From: a virus
IMG/VR virus record: IMGVR_UViG_3300045988_075983
Location: 1-47,302 of that record
Length of the DNA: 47,302 nucleotides
Reading direction: 5' to 3' (one strand)
In this document: positions 6,818-12,455 of the stretch, piece by piece
How the letters are laid out: every line of letters starts with the position of its first letter
How positions within the stretch are numbered: position 1 is the stretch's first letter
Made by a program: the position numbers and the translations under genes
The notes under the pieces: model-generated
What the model saw: the letters and a program-made list of their open reading frames with translations, nothing else
Database searches by the model: none
Told to the model about the DNA's origin: nothing

Positions 6818-7428
6818 GTGCTTTTGTGTGATAGGGAAGGGGATACCCGGGAAAATAGGGGCAGCTATGGCGGTAGGGTAGGGGATAGGGTGCAAAAGTA
6901 TTTGACTATTTGAGGGCTTTTTGAGGTGTACCGCGTGAGAGCGGCGGAGAGGGCGTTTTAAAGCGTTCTATTGTGCAGGTATAAACTTATATTCCTAACA
7001 CAGAATAACGCATTCTAGGCGTGTTTCTGCCCGTGTTAGGGGCATTATAGGGCTTTTGCAGCATTGCAAGGGCACAAATCAGCAGTAAAGTGGGGCAAAA
7101 CTGGCATAATTCGGAGTTATGATGGCATAGCGCAACGCAGCAGGCGGCAGCAGCCGGAGCGGAGCGACCTGGGGGCCGGGGGTCTGCTGGGCCAGCCAGC
7201 CCTGTGTGTTATCTCTCTCTGGAAGTTTTAGATAAAAAGCCATATATATAAAATAGCTATATCTCTTACTACATAAAAAATAAAAAGACTATCTATCTAT
7301 AATCTAGTAATATATCTCCCCTGCTTATAGTTATATATTATATATATTCCCCTTTCCCCCCTTTCTCCTTCCCCTTCCAACTCCGAGTTAGCGGCACTCC
7401 CCTGCTTTGGTTGCAGTCCGATTTATTC

Positions 7429-8070
7429 CTATTTATGGTACTCCCATCTATATCCGGCATATTCGTTTGATACGGGAGAACCGTCATATAGTTTCTTCAT
7501 CTTCAACGCTTGGAAAATATTGTATGCGCTGAACCCAGCTCTTTTTGCGTCTCTTAATGTCCTAAATTTAACAACTTCTCCGCCGTTTATTGGAATCCCG
7601 ATGAACGGTTTGCAAGAATTTGACCTCCATGTTTTTCTTGTTCCGTTTTTCTTTTGTTCTTCGATATTTTTTCTTCTCGTGCATGTTCTTCTTTCTTGCG
7701 CCGTTCCGTATGTCAAATTGTATGAGTATGTACACCACTCCAAGTTGTCAGCGTTGTTATTTTTTGGGTTTTCGTCTTTGTGGTTGACAATTCCATATTC
7801 GTCAGGCTTTGGATTCTCAACAAACGCCAGAGCAACCAACCTGTGTACATGGCGCAAAGTCTGTTTATTATTTGAGCTTAAAGAAACAAACGGATAACCC
7901 TGACCGTCATATCCCGGAGATAGAATTTTCCCTCGAAAGAAGCATTTCGTTTTCTTGCCTTTCACCGTTGCATCTAAATACCTGTCAATGCTTCTAACTC
8001 TGCCTAGATTTGACACTTCATAATATTCAGAAAACGGCTCGATAGTGACTTTCTTCCAGATTTCTTGCAT
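7429..8070 (-). CDS. Free-standing homing endonuclease (NUMOD4 plus HNH_3 type)
   Basis: N-terminal WKKV..EYYEVSNLGRVRS matches the NUMOD4 pattern. HVHRLVALAFVENP...VNHKDENPKNNNADNLEW matches the HNH pattern. Confidence 0.8.
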   Translation of the reverse strand: MQEIWKKVTIEPFSEYYEVSNLGRVRSIDRYLDATVKGKKTKCFFRGKILSPGYDGQGYPFVSLSSNNKQTLRHVHRLVALAFVENPKPDEYGIVNHKDENPKNNNADNLEWCTYSYNLTYGTAQERRTCTRRKNIEEQKKNGTRKTWRSNSCKPFIGIPINGGEVVKFRTLRDAKRAGFSAYNIFQALKMKKLYDGSPVSNEYAGYRWEYHK

Positions 8071-8090
8071 AAAAAATACACCGCACTTTC

Positions 8091-8121
8091 AAAAAAGCTG
8101 GACAGCATTTCGCCATCCAGC
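8091..8121 (-). terminator. Intrinsic terminator inside the 5' leader of the HNH gene
   Basis: On the minus strand: gcuggauggc gaaau gcuguccagc (10 bp including 2 G-U pairs) followed by U6. It lies about 20 nt upstream of the HNH ATG. Confidence 0.6.
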
Positions 8122-8186
8122 AGATTTGATAATACGGTGTTTCGGAACTTACCCGATTATGCGTTTCCTGCATTATCCATACAATT

Positions 8187-8215
8187 ATTTTAACGCTTTT
8201 GACTTGAAATGTCAA
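8187..8215 (-). promoter_or_regulatory. Sigma-70/SigA-type promoter with an A/T-rich upstream tract
   Basis: On the minus strand: TTGACA (8210-8215), 17 nt, TAAAAT (8187-8192). Confidence 0.6.
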
Positions 8216-8236
8216 TTCAAAAAAATAAAAAAATTT

Positions 8237-8314
8237 AAAAAAAGACCCCTGCGGTTTTATCCGCAAGAGCCTTTTTGGAGGAATTGCCCGTTTCTGCCAG
8301 CCAGGATTGTTAGC
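8237..8314 (-). ncRNA. Candidate small RNA of about 78 nt, bounded by its own promoter and terminator
   Basis: It lies between promoter 8321-8349 and the terminator stem cuugcgg/ccgcagg (8248-8267) plus U7 (8237-8243). It has a GAAUUGC/GCAAUUC stem and an unpaired CCUCCAAAAAGG tract. No ORF is present. Confidence 0.4.
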
Positions 8315-8320
8315 AATTCT

Positions 8321-8349
8321 ATTATACCACATTCCCGCTCTGATTGCAA
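8321..8349 (-). promoter_or_regulatory. Sigma-70/SigA-type promoter with an extended -10
   Basis: On the minus strand: TTGCAA (8344-8349), 17 nt, TATAAT (8321-8326), preceded by TGG. Confidence 0.6.
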
Positions 8350-8384
8350 GAAAAATACCCCCAGCCGAAGCCAGAGGTATTTTC
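8350..8384 (-). terminator. Long hairpin with a UUCG tetraloop (terminator candidate)
   Basis: On the minus strand: gaaaauaccucuggc UUCG gcuggggguauuuuc, about 15 bp with several G-U pairs. The U-rich 3' arm runs on into uuuuucuug. Confidence 0.45.
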
Positions 8385-8426
8385 CCAGAGAAAGGATATG
8401 ATGGAAAACCAAGTGAATGTCTAAGT

Positions 8427-8576
8427 TTATTCGCCGTGCTTATGCTCCATAGCGATGGGGTATTCACGGCATTTGTTGTGCATAGTGGCATCGTTTTTGC
8501 CAGCTTCATAGCCAGCAATGAAACATAGAATCATGATGATTACGACTGCTACAGCTTGGATGCAATTCGCCAGCAT
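8427..8576 (-). CDS. Possible 49-aa membrane peptide
   Basis: RBS agaggtg about 12 nt upstream. Sequence: MLANCIQAVAVVIIMILCFIAGYEAGKNDATMHNKCREYPIAMEHKHGE. It falls below the ORF-track length cutoff. Confidence 0.3.
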   Translation of the reverse strand: MLANCIQAVAVVIIMILCFIAGYEAGKNDATMHNKCREYPIAMEHKHGE

Positions 8577-8846
8577 GTTCACTATCTGCACCTCTAAATT
8601 CAAATTAAGCCCGCACGCAGGTCTTGCTCCTGACTACTCGCCGTTGCTTCGGAACGAGCCGCCCTTGTCCATTATGCCGACATCTACGCTATCTGCTCCA
8701 CCGGCATAAAGTTAGCTGTGCGGGATATATAAGGCTTATGCGCTCGTCTAGCGAGTCTCAAGCATAAGCCTTATTCGGCTTGGCAATCCATAGCAATTTT
8801 AAGCTAAAGTTGGCCGACTTCCACGGCAGAGAGCCACCCTGTATTG

Positions 8847-8922
8847 TGGTGCTGAATCGAGGACTTGAACCCCGAACCGTCTGATTACAAAACAGATACT
8901 CTACCAGTTGAGCTAATCCAGC
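8847..8922 (-). tRNA. tRNA-Thr (anticodon UGU), CCA encoded
   Basis: Hand-folded cloverleaf. Acceptor GCUGGAU/AUUCAGC, D stem GCUC/GAGU, anticodon loop UUUGUAA, T arm CGGGG-UUCAAGU-CCUCG. 76 nt. Confidence 0.85.
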
Positions 8923-9010
8923 ATGTGCGGCTTGCCGTTTGCACGACCATTGTCATCATTTGTGAGGTATACCGCACACTCTCACACAGACCGGGCGCTA
9001 CCCGGCCATC

Positions 9011-9097
9011 TGGCGCAGAACAGAGGACGCGAACCCCATCGCCTTTTGCGACAGCTGGCTTTCAAGACCGCTCCCGCACCTCGCGGGTTTATTCTGC
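9011..9097 (-). tRNA. Type II tRNA-like gene, Ser(UGA)-like and atypical, CCA encoded
   Basis: 7-bp acceptor GCAGAAU/GUUCUGC, long variable arm UCGC-AAAAG-GCGA, and loop CUUGAAA. The anticodon stem needs a bulged A and the T stem has only about 4 bp. Confidence 0.5.
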
Positions 9098-9227
9098 ATA
9101 AGAATGACCGCTTATAACTCACAATTAAGCAATGCCCAAGTTACCTAACTGCTATAAGTCTGCGGTCTTAACTTTAAGCTGTGACTTTTTAGGAGAAAAG
9201 ACATGCCAAGCCCCTTTCCGAGGCTCG

Positions 9228-9297
9228 TGGCGGTTTCTGATGGATTTGCACCATCATCTGTTGCCATGGACAACTGCTTTGCTTAAACTAAGAAACC
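9228..9297 (-). tRNA. tRNA-like gene with a CAU anticodon (Met or Ile2-like), non-canonical, CCA encoded
   Basis: Perfect 7-bp acceptor GGUUUCU/AGAAACC and perfect T stem GAUGG/CCAUC. The T loop is UGCAAAU, the anticodon loop is UCCAUGG (C33), the D arm is shortened and the total length is 70 nt. Confidence 0.4.
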
Positions 9298-9422
9298 ATA
9301 ATAGCCGACTGCTGTTTGAAACCCATCGGCTGAATAAGCATCTCGGGTCGGTAATCGGGAAAAATCGCAAACCCAATCACGCCAAAAGGAGGTATACTAT
9401 GGACACAGCCCATACTATACGG

Positions 9423-9497
9423 TGGTTGCGGGTGCTGGATTTGAACCAACGAATGTCGCAGTCAAAGTGCGATGCCTTGCCACTTGGCTAACCCGCA
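9423..9497 (-). tRNA. tRNA-Gln (anticodon UUG), CCA encoded
   Basis: Acceptor UGCGGGU/ACCCGCA (U1-A72, as in bacterial tRNA-Gln), anticodon arm UCGCA-CUUUGAC-UGCGA, T arm GUUGG-UUCAAAU-CCAGC. 75 nt. Confidence 0.85.
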
Positions 9498-9681
9498 ATA
9501 TAATGCCCGCTGGTATTCAAGTAATCGTTGAACCATCACAGGCAAAATCTGTTGTGCCTTGCTCTTGGCATTGGCGTATTCCCAACAGCAGGAAATCTGT
9601 GCTTTAAGACTTGGAACTCACACAGCAGTTCGTCCCCAGATGAAGCAATCGTTCAAATGGCTTCCCTGTTGGATTGTCTTT

Positions 9682-9710
9682 ATTATAGCACACTTAACGT
9701 TGCATTGCAA
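9682..9710 (-). promoter_or_regulatory. Sigma-70/SigA-type promoter upstream of the tRNA cluster
   Basis: On the minus strand: TTGCAA (9705-9710), 17 nt, TATAAT (9682-9687), preceded by TGC. Confidence 0.6.
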
Positions 9711-9732
9711 TGGACTTTTGTTGCAAAACTGA

Positions 9733-9939
9733 TTATTTTTTGCCGATTCTGATTGCAATTCCGGTCAGCATACCAAAGACAAGTATCACAAGCATAACAG
9801 GCCAAATCAGAATTACAAGCGTAACAACATTGTTTTCATATTTGTCTGCATCATCACCGAGAATCGCAATGCAAACCCCAGCAATCACAGTCCCGGCAAC
9901 CAAGTACATGAACACAAACCACAGGATTCTGAAAATCAT
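9733..9939 (-). CDS. Small membrane protein (2 TM segments)
   Basis: RBS aaggggtga. Two hydrophobic segments. The start lies 5 nt after the upstream stop. Confidence 0.6.
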   Translation of the reverse strand: MIFRILWFVFMYLVAGTVIAGVCIAILGDDADKYENNVVTLVILIWPVMLVILVFGMLTGIAIRIGKK

Positions 9940-9943
9940 GAAC

Positions 9944-10279
9944 TCACCCCTTTGCCGTAAGATTCTTGATGCTTTCCGTGAGCATCTTGTTCATCGCTTT
10001 CAGTGTTGCGATTTCCTCATTTGCGGATTCAAGCTGTTTCTTGTAATACTCCACCATTACGGAGTTCGCAATGCTGTCCGCTTCCCGCATTTCCAGCGCT
10101 TGCACGGCCTTGTCTGCCGCGATTGTATCTTCACCCATGCTGCGGCTGAAATCGCCGTCACAAGCCTTGCAAATGTCCGCCAGAGCACAATGCTTGGCGC
10201 ACTCGTCGCAACCGTACTTGGACATTGTGAACTCGCAGTGCGATTCTGCCATCTTCTCATTCTGTGTCATCGGTGTCAT
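9944..10279 (-). CDS. Hypothetical Cys-containing coiled-coil protein
   Basis: ATG 10279 overlaps the thyX stop (ATGA). The ORF-track start at 10297 would overlap thyX by 22 nt. Confidence 0.6.
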   Translation of the reverse strand: MTPMTQNEKMAESHCEFTMSKYGCDECAKHCALADICKACDGDFSRSMGEDTIAADKAVQALEMREADSIANSVMVEYYKKQLESANEEIATLKAMNKMLTESIKNLTAKG

Positions 10280-10998
10280 TTGCTTTTCACCCCGCAATTC
10301 CCATTACACTTGCACTTGCCGTAAACCTCGCTTAGCTGCGGGTGCTTTCCACAGCTTTTCCGCTCCGTGCAGAACGGATAACTCGGATTTACCTCGCACT
10401 TAGGAACCATCATCTCTGCAATTTCGGGAGAAACTTGTTCGACTTCTTTTTTCATCTTGCCGAACATCGTTCTGATTTCCTCTTGCGCTCTGTTACAAAG
10501 CCGCAAATGGCTTGCTTCAATCAGCGCTCGTGCGTTGGCTGACAGGTACAATTCCGTTTCCATCGCGTTAGGCAGCACCATTCGAGCATCTTCTTTGACT
10601 GCTCCGCTTGCCAGCAGGACTTGATACTTGTCGATGTCCTCACAGTAAGCTTGCAGTGCGATTTCAAACTGCTCGTCGTTGAAAGCCTTGGGGATGATAC
10701 AGCCAAGAACACCGTTGCTGCTTTCATCGCAATAGCGCTGGCTACGAACTGACAGGCTTATATGTCTGTGTCTTGACAACTGTGCCAGACATGCGCGGCT
10801 AATTCCACTTACGTGGAACGTGAAATATGCGTGCTCATACACACTCATGTGCCCGGTCTTTGCGCAGCCTTTTGCGATGCGGAACTTGTCGAAATCTGGT
10901 TTACTGTCATAGCATACGCTTGCACACTGTTCAACAATGGCCATAGGATTGCATCTGCCTTTAATCGGCGTGGAGTAAGCGATAAGTTCAACTTGCAT
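10276..10998 (-). CDS. thyX: FAD-dependent thymidylate synthase ThyX
   Basis: The ThyX signature RHRHISLSVRSQR (RHRxxSxxxxSxR) is present. RBS aagaggga. Confidence 0.9.
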   Translation of the reverse strand: MQVELIAYSTPIKGRCNPMAIVEQCASVCYDSKPDFDKFRIAKGCAKTGHMSVYEHAYFTFHVSGISRACLAQLSRHRHISLSVRSQRYCDESSNGVLGCIIPKAFNDEQFEIALQAYCEDIDKYQVLLASGAVKEDARMVLPNAMETELYLSANARALIEASHLRLCNRAQEEIRTMFGKMKKEVEQVSPEIAEMMVPKCEVNPSYPFCTERKSCGKHPQLSEVYGKCKCNGNCGVKSK

Positions 10999-11408
10999 TA
11001 TTTATCCCTCTTTTCTGCCGCAAGACGTTCTTCTTCGTCCTCAACTGCGAAATGAATGTAAGTCAGCGCTTTCTTGAGGTCTTTCAGCGTTGTTTCGCCC
11101 TGCTTGTTTCCGCGGCGCTCAATGTATTTCAAAGCAGTGCCGAGATTCCAGTCAAGACCCCATGCCTTGATGACCTTGCGCGGCTCGTAAGTCGAATCCG
11201 GGTTATAATAGCCTGGACGAATCAGCAGACCATTGTCTGCCTTTTTGACTTCCTTGCCACCGATAGACTTTGACGCGGTAACGACCTTGCAAACCACCTT
11301 TCGTCCAGTCTCTCTACCATGTTCATCAATCTCGCGCAAAGCGACCATTTTGTCAGCATTGGCAAAAAGCTCCGCAAAGTCTTTAGCAGTAATCGTAAGT
11401 TCTTTCAT
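10998..11408 (-). CDS. DUF3310-like protein with an N-terminal extension
   Basis: The C-terminal half, VIKAWGLDWNLGTALKYIERRG...LKDLKKALTYI, matches the remembered DUF3310 pattern. Confidence 0.6.
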   Translation of the reverse strand: MKELTITAKDFAELFANADKMVALREIDEHGRETGRKVVCKVVTASKSIGGKEVKKADNGLLIRPGYYNPDSTYEPRKVIKAWGLDWNLGTALKYIERRGNKQGETTLKDLKKALTYIHFAVEDEEERLAAEKRDK

Positions 11409-11431
11409 CTTTAATTCTCCATTTCTTTCGC

Positions 11432-11476
11432 AACTTTTCCAAACAGTTCAAACTGTTCGACTTTTCCGAACTGTTC
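11432..11476. promoter_or_regulatory. Operator-like repeat cluster between dut and the DUF3310-like gene
   Basis: An 18-nt direct repeat, aacttttccaaacagttc (11432-11449) and gacttttccgaactgttc (11459-11476), matches at 15 of 18 positions. There are three AACnGTT palindromic cores at 11442, 11451 and 11469. Confidence 0.45.
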
Positions 11477-11484
11477 GCGCATTA

Positions 11485-11904
11485 TTATTTTCCCGTAGAA
11501 CCAAAGCCAGCCGAACCGCGCTCTGACTTTTCAAAGCACTCCTGTGTGTCGATTAACTCTAAGTCGAACTTAGCAATCGGCAGAATGACCATCTGCGTGA
11601 TTTTATCGCCACGGCTGAACACATAATCCTCGTCGCTGTGATTGTACAACTTAACGCGAATACTGCCGTCATAGAGTGCATCCACAACGCCAGTTGCGGT
11701 CAGACCTGCATTGACGTTCAAACCGCTCTTTGACTTGATAAAGCCAACATTCCCTACAGGAATCTGCACATGAACGCCAGTATCAACTGTGAAATCGCCA
11801 TGCGCCGGAACGATAAACGCCACCGGTGTGCGCAAATCCATTCCTGCGTCTGCATCGTGAGCGTATGTCGGCATATATGCGCCAACATCAAGAAAAACTT
11901 TCAT
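11485..11904 (-). CDS. dut: dUTP diphosphatase (trimeric dUTPase)
   Basis: Motifs AGMDLRT, GVVDALYDG and the C-terminal RGSAGFGSTGK. Confidence 0.9.
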   Translation of the reverse strand: MKVFLDVGAYMPTYAHDADAGMDLRTPVAFIVPAHGDFTVDTGVHVQIPVGNVGFIKSKSGLNVNAGLTATGVVDALYDGSIRVKLYNHSDEDYVFSRGDKITQMVILPIAKFDLELIDTQECFEKSERGSAGFGSTGK

Positions 11905-12455
11905 TTGTCTGCTCCCTTTCGTTTAAAAAGTAGTTGATTCGTTTTTCTGTATGTTTCAGAACCTCGGTTCTCTGCTTTGCCTAGGTTCTGTACAGCAACA
12001 TCGTAGTGGAACTTGCACAACTTTGAGTTAGCGTAAGTAGGCTTTCCGCATCTTGCGCACATTCCTTGCTCTCCGTAAAGAACGATTGGAATTTCTTTTG
12101 ATTCGTTATACTTTTTCTTGCGCCTTGCGTTGATTTTTGCTCTGCAAACGTCGCATATCTGATACTCGCCTGTTTTCCGCTTCCCACATTGTACGCATAT
12201 CCCTTGCGCTATAAGGTCTAAGCGGCGCTGTGCGCGTTTGCTTTTTTGTTCGGCAACTTTATCAGCTGTGATATTTCTCGGCTTTTTAGACCGATCTCTG
12301 TCGGCCATACGGCATTGCAAACAAGTAGCATAACCTTCATCGGCTTTTTGTTTGCAACAAACAACGCAAATCCCGTTTTTCTTAGCCCATTCCCGTGTTT
12401 CTTTGTTGTACTTCCTGTGGTACGCCAGTCTCTTTTCCGTGTCAGCATAAGGCAT
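11901..12455 (-). CDS. Basic protein with three CxxC...CxxC zinc-ribbon repeats
   Basis: Repeats: ICVVCCKQK..CLQC, ICVQCGKRK..CDVC and MCARCGKPT..CKFH. Start and stop are coupled to the neighbouring genes. Confidence 0.65.
   Translation of the reverse strand: MPYADTEKRLAYHRKYNKETREWAKKNGICVVCCKQKADEGYATCLQCRMADRDRSKKPRNITADKVAEQKSKRAQRRLDLIAQGICVQCGKRKTGEYQICDVCRAKINARRKKKYNESKEIPIVLYGEQGMCARCGKPTYANSKLCKFHYDVAVQNLGKAENRGSETYRKTNQLLFKRKGADK

Noticed and set aside
7349-7378. Canonical G-quadruplex on the minus strand from the C-rich tract
   Set aside because: There are only three C-runs of three or more (4, 6 and 4) plus CC doublets, which is weaker than the + strand G-run cluster at 6844-6900. 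It is kept as a compositional note inside the non-coding-tract finding.
8027-8528. ORFs 8027-8518(-), 8045-8401(+) and 8307-8528(+) upstream of the HNH gene
   Set aside because: They cross two promoter/terminator units and overlap the HNH start. They have no RBS and an unlikely composition. Only the 49-aa ORF at 8427-8576 was kept, at low confidence.
9132-9491. + strand ORF with a strong AAGGAGG-N7-ATG at 9399, antisense to tRNA-Gln (also 8865-9117 and 9422-9607)
   Set aside because: These ORFs run antisense through well-folded tRNA genes. The SD-like string is probably coincidental, or it is the complement of a CCUCC tract in the tRNA-operon spacer. It is noted only as a curiosity.
8847-9497. 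Suppressor tRNA or stop-codon recoding
   Set aside because: The anticodons read as UGU, UGA (reads the UCA codon), CAU and UUG, and none is CUA, UCA or UUA. All large genes are uninterrupted in the standard code.
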